From NCBI GenBank assembly GCA_023920165.1, contig CP089276.1:558001-622000 (forward strand): a stretch of 64,000 bases of DNA, read 5' to 3'. The notes under the pieces are model-generated. The model was not told where the DNA came from. It saw only the letters and a list, made by a program, of their open reading frames with translations, and made no database searches. The position numbers and the translations under genes were made by a program. The DNA is from Curvularia clavata. Its lineage: Eukaryota. Below, piece after piece: positions 1 through 12,330 of the stretch; position 1 is the first letter of the stretch; every line of letters begins with the position of its first letter.

Positions 1-1057
1 ATGGGATCATTCGCTGGGTATGTGATATGCTGTTGTTCAGCCCACGCCCAGACTCGTTTGCCATGTTCCATCTGCGGCGTGACTTCTATCTGCAGTCCTC
101 CGTGCTTTTCTTCAGAAGTTTTCTGCCCTTCGACGGTGTAGCCAGAACCAACTGTATTCAAAAGTCAGTATGAGCTGCACAGGGATGGCAAGGTATGAAG
201 ACCCACGTGGCATAGCGACGAACTGACGAACAACACCAGGAGCTATGCAAATGCCATCCAGCCAGCTTTGGCCAGGTATCACAACGTAGTCTTGCAGCTT
301 AGTAATATTCGTCGTGTCCTGTTCATCTTGCATTTCTTTTCCGGTTATGGCGTTCACGCGACCCACAAAAACACGTACGGCATACTTGCGAGAGGTTGGC
401 TGAAAATTAATCCACATGGCTTCTCTTTGCCACATGGAGAAGAAGACACCTCCAGTTTCAGTGACAGTTTTCGGAAGATGTTGCGAGTATTTCTCCACAC
501 TGAACAATTGATATCGCCCTAATGAAGGAGGTAGATGGTGTAGCTTGTTGTCGTCGGGTATTCTTGTAGTCCGCTCAAACGACACGCAAAAGCTATACTG
601 GTCGCGCACGGCCCGCTCAAGGTGTGAATGAAACTCAAGGGGCGGTACGTGATGGGTGTTCGTGTGTGAGATCAGCGTCTCGTCCATCTTTATCGTGGTA
701 GGAGTGGAGGCTTGATCGTCTGATACCACTAGGACCTCATCGTGTTCTCGCACTACGGTCAATGGAACAAACGGCTCGTATTCGACTTCACCATGTACCA
801 GCTTATGGGGCATTCCGAATCCACAGGCTACTTGTCGTCAAGATAACCCACATGAGTATGGCAGCGGTTGACATACCTTGAATGTTTTGCCACAGCCCAG
901 GCCACATCAGCTCGTCTTCACGCAGGTTCAAGGAAAGATCGTAGAGCCCAAAGTCATCACCTATGGTCGCGGACCAACCGTCATCTCGTTCAACATCCTC
1001 AACCTTTTGCAACCCCTGAATGACGACTTTGCAAAGGTTAGTGGCAGTTTGCGACAT
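1..1057 (-). CDS. Conserved hypothetical protein, runs off the window start; introns near 876-831 and 208-154
   Basis: Spliced ORFs 803..1057 and 112..813, plus a downstream exon LGSGYTVEGQKTSEEKHGGLQIEVTP. Motifs SFERTTRIPDD..LPPSLG, QREAMWINF and QDYVVIPGQSWLDG..VRQFVAMP match an uncharacterised fungal/bacterial family. Confidence 0.75.
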
Positions 1058-1295
1058 TATTGCAGTTGTTCAAAGCGAGGATTTTCTGAGACCAAGCAGA
1101 GAGAACAAGGGAGTATGGGGTTTCAGCCTGAGTAATGGTGCCTATCAGGGTGAGAAGCCTTTATGAGTTCTCATGGCCGCCAGCCTCGTTGAGCGGGGTC
1201 GTATCAGCCCCCACGACTGCGCCCCCTTCTGTAATACTCAGCCTGGTCAACAGTTTATTAGTATCTAAGCCCAAGGTCCTGAAGGGCAAACCAAG

Positions 1296-2835
1296 ATGTC
1301 TTTTGGATTTTCAATTGGCGATATCAGTAGGTGCAACCCCTCATGGGATATGAGAAGGATACTAATGACGAACAGTCCTCCTTAGTCAACTAGCGTACGG
1401 TCTCTACTCTAGCATCAGCTCTGGAAGAAAGGCAGCCTCACGGGATCTGAAAGAACTCGAAGACGTGCTTTTTAGTCTAAAATGTTCCCTGGATCATTTG
1501 GGAGAAGTTTCTAAAGATGTGCTCGCGCAGCCGGATCGGCACGGGGGTCCTATGTTCAAAGAGAAACTGGACGCGATGATACGAAATTGCGCATCCACCC
1601 TGCATGAGCTAGAGTCTGTGACGGAGAAGTATCGCATGATTGAGGGCCGCGCTGTGGAGCAGGCAACAGGGAACAAGGAAAAGACAAAGTCGCGCACACT
1701 AGACGATGTAAGGAAAAGTATACAAGTCAACTGGTATAGGGTACGGTGGGACAATGAGAAACAATCTCTACAACAATATCGCGAGAAGTTGAAGTCGCAC
1801 ACTGACGCGATTAATCTGATACTAACTTCCGCAATCTGGTAAGTGGGGAGATCTTGCCATCAACTCAGTCTAAGCTGACAGGTTCTCAGGGCAAACTCTG
1901 CATCTGCAGATGAAAGAAGCAGACAAGGCCATGAGAAGACGCATACACTGCTGGAAGAAGTATTAAGAAAACCAGAAGCAGATGCTTCACTCCGGAGCAT
2001 AGTGGAGGATATTCGTAATATTCTCACGGAGCCGAATCGTAGCGCTAGGGGGTTACTCGACAGTGCACCCGTACCGGTGCCAATGAGTAGTTCGCCTGTC
2101 ATCGCTGCGTATCAACTAAGCCCATCACCAATTGGCGGATCATTTGGTGTCGTCGGAAACCAGGCTGGCCGCTTTGCCTCTGTGAATATGGCAACGACAG
2201 TTTTGCCAATCAGACCATCTATCGACCCCGTGAGGGTCAGGTCTGTAGCCAGAGCCACAGAAACGCCATACTTGAAGCGTCAACGGGTAGAGAAGATCCG
2301 GATCAGACAGCCAAATGTTGTAGGTCAAGGGGACATTCCTTCAGCTACAGATGATCTCAACGCCATGCGCCGTGCGGTCGGTGTACGAGAGTATGAGGCT
2401 TTCAAACAGCGTCACACCCCACCGAAGCAAGTACAAAAGCCATCTTTCCTGAAACCCATAGCGCCAACCATTCAAGAGCTCCGAGACTGCATACCATACA
2501 TCTTCGCGTCTTTACCAGATGGCAAGCAGCAGACCCAAGAGCTGAGGAGCGAGATTGAACGCTGGGCACAGGGTTTCTCTCTTTTCGTTAGGAACAACAA
2601 GCCTGATACAGAGTCTGATGCAGGACTTCTGGCGCTTTTAACAAGGCTCAATGAGGCAGTAGAGAAGAGCGCCAAATCAGTGCGACGGCTTTTTTACGAG
2701 GTGTCCGATTCAATAGGGCTGTTGGAGACTTTGGATAAGGTAATGATGGTATCGAAGAGCGTGAGGGTGATGAAGGAAATTGAAGAATTTCAGGATGCAA
2801 AAGAAGAATGGGAAGACGATAGAAGTGGTAATTGA
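1296..2835 (+). CDS. Protein with fungal N-terminal helical (SesA/HeLo-like) domain; introns ~1327-1375 and 1839-1889
   Basis: Begins MSFGFSIGDI, a typical start for this domain. GT-AG introns join ORFs 1465..1842 and 2002..2835 in frame. Confidence 0.7.
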
Positions 2836-2899
2836 AAACAGATGGTCTACGTGGTAATTGAATACAGACGATCTAACGGGTAGTTTTACAATCCAGGGG

Positions 2900-4010
2900 C
2901 TATCCCGGCGCTTTTCCGTGAGCTAGAAGGCGAAGTAATTTTGCGTTTCCATGACCCTGCTTGTTGCCTTCATATGTGCTCTTGGATAGGATGCCTATTC
3001 TTCCACAGGCAAGTCGGATCATGGGCTGCTTAGCGTTGGGCTCTATGAACAAACCTGGCTTCCGATCACAAGAATCGGCCATATGTGCATCAATGACGTT
3101 GTGGAGTATCAGGCGATCGCCGTTGGGCAGCACGCACCATGAATCGCCGAGTGCCTGCTGTTTGGCAAGGATGTCTGCCAAAGTATTTGTTTCAAAATTG
3201 ACAAAGCGGTCCTGTTTGGTAATCTTTGGCGCGTGGTCGGTGGGAAGGCCAGACTGAGCATACCATCCTGCATCCTTGAGCGGAGGTATATATGTGCGCG
3301 ACTTGAGGACATTTACGAGCATTTCGGCTCCGACGTCGGCCATTTGCTGCTCAAGCTGCTGCGACGTGGTGCCTGGAGGAATAACCATGCCGGGTGCTGG
3401 GGTTTGAGCGAGGATTGTACCTTGATCAAAGTGCTTTGGATGTAGGGTCTGAACGGAGACACCCGTATGCTTTCGCCTTTTCAAGATGGCATGCTCAATC
3501 GGCGCCGGTCCACGCAGGTCTGGGAGTAATGATGGATGCACATTCAAGCCGCCATACTGGGCATGGGACAGGATGCGCGGAGGCACAAGGAGGCCAAAGG
3601 ACACTGCGATGACGAGGTCTACCGGAGCCGGCGGAGACCAACCCGTGAAGGTGTCGATTGCATGGGTAGGTAGGCTGAGCTCTTCAACGGCCACCTGCTT
3701 AATAGGCACTGCGTCTGGGTCAATTGCCTTGCATCAGCCACGATTAGGCGCATGTACCTTCTCTCAACGTCTTCAGCCCTCTTCCTGTAGGCTTTGCGGG
3801 GCGGTGGAGCACGTGAATGCTGTCGATGAGCTTGGGCTCGTCACGCTTCGCATCCACCAGGGCACGCAAGGATACGATGCTGAAGTCGTCTGAGCCGCAG
3901 AACAAGATGCGCAGCGGTGAAGACGTCGGGGCAGAGCTGGTCGAAGGAGAATAATGGCGCCGTGAGCCGAGCAACAGAGATCGGACTGCTGCTGTCCGTC
4001 GCCACAGCAT
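2900..4010 (-). CDS. FMT1: Mitochondrial methionyl-tRNA formyltransferase; one intron ~3710-3758
   Basis: LRILFCGSDDFS, AVSFG and LNVHPSLLPDLRGPAPIEH formyltransferase motifs; Arg-rich presequence. Confidence 0.93.
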
Positions 4011-4352
4011 GGTTCCAAGGTGAAGAAGTCGGTCGGCGGGTCGGAAAGTGCCGTGCCCTGCGAGAAGGCCATGTCACGATCGTGATCTCGTGGGGCATCT
4101 TCACCCTCCGATGAAATCGGCGTCATATCGCGATGGATGCCCTATGCAGGCCATGGATCGTCTACAAATAGCCTGCCCAGACGGATGCCGGGTGGAGAGG
4201 TGGTTGGCAAGACACGGTGGATGATCCTGACTGCCTGACTGTGGTTTCCGGACATGCCATCGACGTGTGTGTGACGCAACGCCTTCCTGTCCACCACGAC
4301 CACGCAGCCAACGCGCCTCTCGACCAGGCACGCACCAATATTGTCGACCGCC

Positions 4353-7113
4353 ATGCCCAAGGTTGTTCCCGCGCAGCTCTCCTTTCTGGCCATTTACAAT
4401 CCTGCTCTGGGCACCTCAGACGAGACATTCGACCAGCAGATTGTTTTTTACTATTCAAAGGCCGCAAAGACACGCGCCAGGCTAAAACATGGAGACGCAC
4501 AACAAGAGCAACAATTGCGCGATGAAGAGAACGAAAAGCTGCGCCAGGTCGGGCTGGCCCAAGGCATGGTCGGCTTTGCAAAGTAGGGCATATGCTAGTC
4601 ACCGCTTCCGATACTTGTGGTGCTAACCTCTGGGCAGGAGTTTCTCAAACGGCGAGCCGGTCGATACAGTCGAGACAGAAAAATCGCGAATTGTACTCCA
4701 TGAGCTAGAGGCCGGGTGGTGGATACTGGCTGTATGCGTGTCTTCATATGTGCGCCCGTTGTCGACTAACACGAGTGCAGTCCATTGACCTCACCCAACT
4801 GCCAGCTGCCAATGGCCTGGCGCGAAAAGACTCAAGCACCGATACCACTGAGCCCGTTATCGAATACTCATCGCGCGAAGTCAGCCCACCTGCTCTCCTG
4901 ATCCAGCAAATCGTCCGCGCTCAATCCATCTTCCTGCTGCACCATGGCCTGCCACTCGAGGCCATGTTTGCCAAGCACGGCCGTGCCAAGTTCTGCAGTA
5001 TACTCGACAAGTATTGGTCTCGGTTTGCATCTAACTGGGATGTGCTCCTCCATGGAAGCCCTGCGGTGGACATATTTGGCGGCATGAAGTTGGCAGCAGG
5101 CGGAGAACTAGGCATGGGCGTGGGTGAAGAGGAATGGGGCAGCAGTGAGCGCGACGTCCTGGAAGACTTCGCTCGCAGGACACCGGGTCTGGTTGATGTT
5201 ATGGTGTCCCGCTTTGGCGAGGTGTCGCCATTGCAGCAGGCCAAAACATCGACTGATCCGAGCACACTTGAGAGTTCTGAACTGGATGCATGGATTGGAG
5301 CCGGGAGGACCGTCCAAGCTGCAGACGGTGTTGTCTTCTCAGGGTTAGGAGCAGTGAGCCGCAAGTCGCTACGAGACTTGTCACACTGGGTAGAAAGCAT
5401 ATATTGTTACGGCGAGTACGCCTATGGTGTGCGTGACAATCCTGCTTCTGATCGAAAGAAACGACGGAGAAGAAACCCAAGAGCATCTGAACAAGATGAA
5501 CCAACACCAGAATCACTTCGCCCTATACCGACTGAAAGACCAAGTCTTGCTACATCAGGTCAGGTTTCAGCATTGCCGTTGGGTATCCCTCCACCCATAG
5601 TCAAAGCGGCCGAGAGCTCTCTAGACAAAGCAGCTGCAGCTGTCGATAACAAAAAGCCTGGACAAGACTCGCCGGCACCAGAGTCCAGATCCATGTTGGC
5701 ATCTCTGGGTGACACCGAGACGTGGACAAAATACATGACCCTGGGCTATGGCACGGCATGGGGTGGAAAGAAGACAACAGATAAATCTCAAGCTGCTACA
5801 CCAGCACCAGAACCTGCACCGACTCCAGCACCTGCTCGGCAACGGACGCCTTCGCCCGAAGCCATGCGTTACATTGAACCAGCACCAGATGTAGACTACG
5901 TAGAAGAGCGGATAAAGCTACAAACTCGTCTAGAGAACAACGGGTATTTCCTCGTGGGACTCAAAGGGGACATGCAAGAATTAGACTTTGACGAAAACGA
6001 GGATACCGACTGGAACAACCGGATACCTTTGCGAACCGTCCATGTCGAAGTCAGCCGCAGAGAGGAGTCTTCAACGCCGGATGGCGATTCAGATGAGACA
6101 CCACCGTACGAGAAGACGATGGACCTTTCATCCACAGAAACCAGGAAACTATCCCGGCTGAGACCTGTGGTATACATTGTATGTCAACCCCCATTTCTAC
6201 ACCACTACCCATGATACTAACAATCACCCAGCACCGGCCCTTCATCTACACCTTCCTCTTCCAACACCGCACGCACTCTCTCGGCGTCGCCTCCTTCTAC
6301 CATTCGATCCACAACTTCTTCTCCCCTCTCCACCGCTCCCTCGACAGATGCACCTGTCCCACCAACGTCGCTGCACGACTGCAAGCGGTATCAGCTCTCT
6401 ACACCACCGAGGCATCTACCAACAGTTCCGGCCCAAACACGCAACCCATCTACGATCTCGTCTTCGACCCGCGGACTTACACCGTGCATTCCAGTCTGCC
6501 CAACATCCCCGACCCAGGAACCCTACTTGCTGAGGGCCTAAGCCGACAGGCAGCCGACTGGAGCAGAGTCGAAGCACTAAACGTACACAGCCAAATCCTA
6601 GCTACCGTCGCATCGACGCGCAGAAATCTCAGCGAGATAGAACGCACCTGCAAGACGAGTCGCGGGTGGTGGGTCGTCTGGATGCGTCTGCCACCATCAC
6701 AAGTCCTACCCGAAGAGAGTGAGACGGGATATAGAGAGTACCAACAACAACAACTCTCTCAAGATCAACAAGAAGAAAGTGAGGGTGAAAGTGAGAGTCA
6801 GCACTCTCCCTCCTCAACCCCCACCCCCCGCCAACCCTCACCTACCTCCGTCCCCTTCAACACGCGCGACCTCCGCGAAGCCTTCCTCGTGCGTCGCGCG
6901 CGCGACGCTCAGCCGAGCACTGGCGGTGGGCATAAAAGTGCGTCGAGTCGCTTTGGAAGCGGCATGTGGAGTAGTCTCAGCGGCGGACAGAGTAGTAGCC
7001 AAGCGCAGCGCATGGGGGGTGCGGTGGCGGGATGGGGGCCCAAGGGGCTGGCTGAAGGGATAGGGATTGATGCTAGGAGGTATGTGGAGGAGTTGTTGAG
7101 TCTGAATAGGTGA
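4353..7113 (+). CDS. CCZ1: Vacuolar fusion protein Ccz1 (Mon1-Ccz1 GEF subunit); 3 introns
   Basis: N-terminal VVPAQLSFLAIYNP..QIVFYYS..LRQVGLAQGMVGF longin region, ERTCKTSRGWWVVW, and C-terminal GIGIDARRYVEELLSLNR. Confidence 0.88.
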
Positions 7114-7579
7114 GATAGGTGCGTGGAGATAGACGTGGGATAGGTAGGGTAAGAGGAGGGTTGGAAAGAAAAGCGAAGTATAGATTCTTGTAATGTTATC
7201 AAGGAAAAACAGGGAATAATTGATAGATAATAAGTTCATCAGTTTCGATTGAGTAGGTAAAAAAGAGGGTTGAATGGAAAAAATAGTTATTCATCTCGTT
7301 TAGCACGAGACAAAAGACTGTGTAGTTCCTTTCTCCCTCTTGTTCTCTATATCATTACAATCATAAGGATATCAATCAGTATGCCGAGTGACATCGGTTC
7401 ATGTAATCCCATGGTCCAAGACTAAGGACATCTTCCAGACATGTCTATCAAGATGCGGGCGCCCTAAACGCCATTCAGAGGAGAGAGAATACAAAAACGA
7501 CTGTGCGTGTCATGATACAGCGAGCTTTCTATTACGCTCCCTTTAATCTCTCAAATGTATGCAAAATGGTCATATACAA

Positions 7580-10500
7580 CTACGAAGTGTCCATGGCCTC
7601 GCTCCCCGGGGCAGCAGCAGCAGCAGCATTGCGCTCCGCCATCCTCTGAGCCAGGCGGCTTTGCTTCCATGCCTGGATCTCCTCGCGAAGCTCATCGTTG
7701 GGAATGACGTCTTCAATCTTGAGCGGTGTACGGTTGAACGGGTCATGCGGATCGCTGAGAAGATGGGACTGGATGGTGCTTCGGTCGACGACCTGTTTAC
7801 TGATAGGCAGAATGACCGGGTCCTCCATGAGCGATGCCATGAGCGGATCCTCGTAGTTTTCAGGAATGTCACCGAGATCTGCTTCGACCATGTCAGCCTG
7901 ATCCTTGGCAGCCTGAATGTCTGCAGCCATCTTCCGCCACTGCTCCATCTGTTCAGGTGTCTTGAGCTTGAAGCGTTGCAGGATCTTGTAGGCTTCGTCC
8001 CAGTACTCTGGGCGATAGGACCGTCCGTCTGTGGCAACAGCATCAAGGAAAGACTGTTTGCCTTGTAGATTGAGGTAGACGTCGGTAAGCTCTGCAAGCA
8101 TGTTGCGTGGGTTCCAGCCATATTCCTCTGGATTCTCGACCTTGAGCTGCGACTTCTTGGGACCTACAAGAGCCTCCAAGTTGTAGTCCAGCATGTGTGC
8201 CAGTCGCACGACAATCTCCTTTTTGGTGAAGGAGTCGGCCAATGTCTCGGTGAAGAGCTTCAACATGGCAACAGTCTCGTTAGTCAGTTGCATGTAGCTC
8301 TTGGCTTTGCCTTGTGCAGAGGACAGCTTCTCTTCTTGCTCTTGGCGTGCCGTCTGGTCCATATTAGCTGGCGCATTCTTCAGCTCTCTCGACAGGTCAT
8401 GAATCTCCTTGAAGGCGCTGAACGACTCGTCCAGGACAAAGGTAACATCATTGAGAAGCAGATTGACGAACTGGACGAAGAAATCGAGGTTGACGCGAGC
8501 CTCTGTCGCAAGATGCTCGCGGTAAATGGGGTTCGGCCAGATGCACTTGATGACCTGGAAAATCTCGTAACGAATGTTGAACTTGTCAAAGAACTGTGTA
8601 TGTGTTCCGGTGCTTTCGCACTCAATGTAGAACTTCATCAGCGCGTGTAGCAAGTGCTTCATGGCAAAGTCGTGCGCAAACAGAGTATCTCCAAGCACGC
8701 CCTTTGATCTTCCAGGGATTGCCCATACTCCGTGGAAAAGAATGGTGACGAGTCCGGACTTCAAGTAGGGGTTCTTGATGTACTCGGAACTGCGCAAGAA
8801 GGCAATGCAGATCTTGACAATCTCTTCGCACTGGGTAGTAGTAATAATGTGAGGCATGTAGCGGGTGATGAACTTGAAGTTACCGACAATGTCTTCGACA
8901 AAGTACTCTGGGAGGCACTTGAACTGCACTGGCTGCTCCTTGGGAAGGGGCAGCTGCAACTCTGTCTTTGGGAATGACGTGCCAGGGGTGGCAAGCCGTA
9001 GTAACCAGACTATCACATAGCGCATCAGTTGCATAGACCGGGCCTGTGTAGTCTCGTCGAGCAAGACACCTTGGATGGCGAGAATACTACACTTGCCCCT
9101 CTCAATCTGTTCCTTGACCTTCTTGATGTGGTTGTCAAAGATGGCGAGCTGGGCCGGGCTGGTCATGTATTTTGGCCGCTCAGGTTCCAGCTTGGCCAAC
9201 TCCTTCTCTAGCCATTTAACATCCTTTTGGAGGGAGCTCAGCTTGGAGTTGGCAGCCTCAAGGCCGTAGTGGTGTGCTGCGACCGTCAGGAAGAAAACCT
9301 CACTAATGAAGTTGTTAGTACCGGGGGCCTGGGTGCTGTAGAATTCGTCCGAGGTTTTCTGGTCGGCGTTGATCTTAGTCTCGTCCTGGATGTTGACGCG
9401 CGGTGAGCGCCGCAGATAGTCAATGTCGATGCGGTCAATCTTGGAGAATGTGGCATCCATGAACGGCTCGCAGAGGCGATCCAGAATGACTGTAACATTG
9501 ACCATGAAGCCGTCAGAAGAGACCGCCTTTCTGTCAACCTGTATGGCACGTCTCTTGTGGTTCTTGTTAACAGTGAGTGCTAACCAGTCAAGCATCTTTT
9601 CTCGAGACTCCCTGTTCTTGATAAAGGTATTTGTAATGTCAAACAATTCCTCTTGATGGGTCTGGAGTGTCATGCGGACGGCGCGCTGAGCGTTAGCAAC
9701 GAGCCCCTTGTCAATAGCCGCAGACCCAGAGAAGTAGTTCATAGCCACCTCTGGCTGCATGGGGGACAGACGGAAGAAGGGACCCAGGAAGCTGCGGGTT
9801 TCAATGTGCTGGGGCTCAATGTCGGCGGGCAAGAAGGTCTCAGACTGAGCAAGGGCAGCAACAAGTGGTGGGAAACGAACAAATATCCGCAAGATCAGCA
9901 TGTGTTGCCTGTAGTCGCCGTTCATGGAGACGGATGCAAGACGACGGCTCACGTCTTCCATGCCGCCCACCAACGCTTCCCTGACGGAGTCATCCTCGGC
10001 TATGCGCTGGCTGGCTTCAGTGAGGAACTCGTAGCAAATGCCGCGCTCGTCGTCGGGGCCGAGCAGCAAGCGATCTGCCATTGCGTTCTCTGCGGGGGCA
10101 TCTTCGCCAAACATGTCTGGCATGGTGAAAGCGAATATGCAGTAGCTGAAGCACAGCCGCCGGGCTTCCTTGACAACTTCGAATCTGGGACCCGTCTTGT
10201 TGGTCAGGCTCTTCAAGACCCTAGTGACACGCTTCCAGCAGCTCAGCAGATAATCCAGTGCGGTGCCATGGATGTGGCTCGACGCCGACTCGAGGATGAC
10301 CGAGTCGAGGATGTCTGTGGTGAAGCGAAGCGGGCGGCCCTCGTCTTGGAGATCGCTCTTTGCGCCGGCTACGTAGACGAGTTTGTTTCCATGCGAGTCC
10401 TGGGTATGGCTCTCATCCAAGGTTATGCGGAAGATGCTGCTGAGGGTTCTATCCTCCCATGCCTCTATGCTCATTTCTTGGACCTTTGGGGCTGGCTGCG

Positions 10501-10906
10501 GGGTTGCGCCATTGCTCGAGGACTGTGCGGGCTTGATGGTGATTGGCTTCTTGGGAGGCGCATCTGTCTTAACACCCAGCTGCGAGAAGGGGTTCTGGGT
10601 TTGGGACTGAGGTTTCGGCGTCGGTGGCTGTGACTGTGTAGGTTTGGGCGAGGGAGCGGCGGACGAGGCAGCTTCAGAGGGAGTTGACGAGGATTGGGGA
10701 GGGCCGCCGAGTTTGGCCAACCGCTTTGCACGGATCTGAGAGATGTCGTTGTCAGTGGGCCTCTTTGGTAGGCGACTGGCGGGTGAGCTCACTTTGTCGG
10801 CATCTGACATGGCGTCGGGCGCGGGAGCTGGGGCCGGTGCTGCGTCCGGCATGGCAGAGTCGTGCTGATGAGGCTGAGGGCTCTGCTGAGGATCTTGGTC
10901 GGCCAT
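7580..10906 (-). CDS. UFD2: Ubiquitin conjugation factor E4 (U-box); in-frame intron 10736-10792
   Basis: Ufd2 core HTQFFDKFNIRYEIFQVIK and C-terminal U-box DPLMASLMEDPVILP..DRSTIQSHLLSDPHDPFNR. Confidence 0.97.
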   Translation of the reverse strand: MADQDPQQSPQPHQHDSAMPDAAPAPAPAPDAMSDADKVSSPASRLPKRPTDNDISQIRAKRLAKLGGPPQSSSTPSEAASSAAPSPKPTQSQPPTPKPQSQTQNPFSQLGVKTDAPPKKPITIKPAQSSSNGATPQPAPKVQEMSIEAWEDRTLSSIFRITLDESHTQDSHGNKLVYVAGAKSDLQDEGRPLRFTTDILDSVILESASSHIHGTALDYLLSCWKRVTRVLKSLTNKTGPRFEVVKEARRLCFSYCIFAFTMPDMFGEDAPAENAMADRLLLGPDDERGICYEFLTEASQRIAEDDSVREALVGGMEDVSRRLASVSMNGDYRQHMLILRIFVRFPPLVAALAQSETFLPADIEPQHIETRSFLGPFFRLSPMQPEVAMNYFSGSAAIDKGLVANAQRAVRMTLQTHQEELFDITNTFIKNRESREKMLDWLALTVNKNHKRRAIQVDRKAVSSDGFMVNVTVILDRLCEPFMDATFSKIDRIDIDYLRRSPRVNIQDETKINADQKTSDEFYSTQAPGTNNFISEVFFLTVAAHHYGLEAANSKLSSLQKDVKWLEKELAKLEPERPKYMTSPAQLAIFDNHIKKVKEQIERGKCSILAIQGVLLDETTQARSMQLMRYVIVWLLRLATPGTSFPKTELQLPLPKEQPVQFKCLPEYFVEDIVGNFKFITRYMPHIITTTQCEEIVKICIAFLRSSEYIKNPYLKSGLVTILFHGVWAIPGRSKGVLGDTLFAHDFAMKHLLHALMKFYIECESTGTHTQFFDKFNIRYEIFQVIKCIWPNPIYREHLATEARVNLDFFVQFVNLLLNDVTFVLDESFSAFKEIHDLSRELKNAPANMDQTARQEQEEKLSSAQGKAKSYMQLTNETVAMLKLFTETLADSFTKKEIVVRLAHMLDYNLEALVGPKKSQLKVENPEEYGWNPRNMLAELTDVYLNLQGKQSFLDAVATDGRSYRPEYWDEAYKILQRFKLKTPEQMEQWRKMAADIQAAKDQADMVEADLGDIPENYEDPLMASLMEDPVILPISKQVVDRSTIQSHLLSDPHDPFNRTPLKIEDVIPNDELREEIQAWKQSRLAQRMAERNAAAAAAPGSEAMDTS

Positions 10907-11654
10907 GGCTGTGGCGAAGCCGTGAGGCTGCGAGTGCGAGAGTCAGCAGTAGCGAGTGTCGGCCTAGCTGGCGTTGGCTGGTGGGCGGGTTGGCAAGTAG
11001 CCAGCCAATGCGGGTGGAGGAATAAAGCGGCGAGAACAAAGGCAGAGGCGGACGACTGGTACTATGGAAGACGAGACGTGGTGGGAAGGGAAGCGACCTG
11101 GGGTGCCGGTGCTGGCGGAGGTGGTGGTGGTGGAAGTGGTGGTGATGTCGTAGAAGTGCTTACCACGCAAGAGGGTATAGTGAGTGGACCGTGTCGGGAG
11201 CTCTCTAGGCTTGCCCCGCCACCTGCCCTGCAGCTGCTGCCTCGCCAACTCACGTGCCCCAGGATTGCTGGAAGGCCGACGAAGCGCGACGAAACCACGG
11301 TGAATGTCTCTCTGCACATGGACGGCAGGCAGAGACAGGGCCACGGCTGAGGCAGCCATTCAGCGACTGGGGGCAGCGTCATGGCCAGAGCGGTACTACG
11401 TCACTGGGCCATGGATGGCAGTCGAGACAAAAGGCATTTGCACTCTGGGTAACCTGGAGCAACGTGCATGGGCGCGGCCAAACGCCCCCGTTTGAGCAAG
11501 GCGGTTCGTTGGCCGCGAGACGGGCGGGCTGGCCTGTCATGTCAAGCGTATCCAACCTGAAACCCGTTGCAGTGCGCGGCTGTCCAAGGGCGGGTGGGCG
11601 TTGTAGACGTGTGGGTGGGTGGGTGGATGCATGTACAAAGGTATACGCATCTAT

Positions 11655-11684
11655 GTGTGTGCATATGTGTATGTGTATGTGTAT
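11655..11684. repeat. GT/GTAT low-complexity microsatellite in the UFD2-RHO1 divergent intergenic region
   Basis: gtgtgtgcatatgtgtatgtgtatgtgtatg. Confidence 0.6.
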
Positions 11685-11962
11685 GAACACACGTGTATGG
11701 ACGTGCACTGTACCGGATACATAGATACATGTCTTGTGTATAGCAGTGTATGCACTCGGGAATGTACCGTGGGAGGTCATGTGACGGCGGGCGCGGTTTA
11801 CGCTGTGGGTTAGGTTAGCAGCAAGGCGGTCGCAGTCGTGCATCTAAGTAGATAGCTAATCGCGCCTTCTCCTCTCCTCTTCTCCTCCTCTCCCGGCCCG
11901 TTGCTGCTGTTGCCTCTTCTTCTTGCTGCCCGTTGCCTGTTTACTCCACTGCCGCCTCCTCT

Positions 11963-12040
11963 TCTACCACCTCTACCACCTCTACCTCTACCACCACCAC
12001 CTCTCCCTCTACTACCACCTCCTCTCCATCTCCACCTCCA
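11963..12040. repeat. Degenerate CCA/CCT/CTA trinucleotide repeat upstream of RHO1
   Basis: ctaccacctctaccacctctacctctaccaccaccacct... Confidence 0.6.
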
Positions 12041-12330
12041 CGCCTGCAACCCCATCAGCCGCCCGGCTGTCTCGCTCAGGTACGGCCCACGTCCCTCTCT
12101 CTTGTCTGCGCGCCCCTAGTCCGCAATCACAAAGGCGCTGCGTGGCGCAGGTCGCAGCTCAGCCGCAGTCGTTGCAGCACGACCCCCGTTGCGGTCATGG
12201 TGCCTCGCGGCCATAACACCCTGAAGCCGCCTGTTGTCCAACTTCAATCACCGCCAGTCCTCCATCCAAATACTCACCTCTTTGCCAACAGTTGCCCACC
12301 ACCCCCCGAATCACCATCCCACGCGACACC

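Noticed and set aside
9653..10633. 326-aa antisense ORF and other shadow ORFs over UFD2
   Set aside because: Codon-bias shadow with no recognisable motifs.
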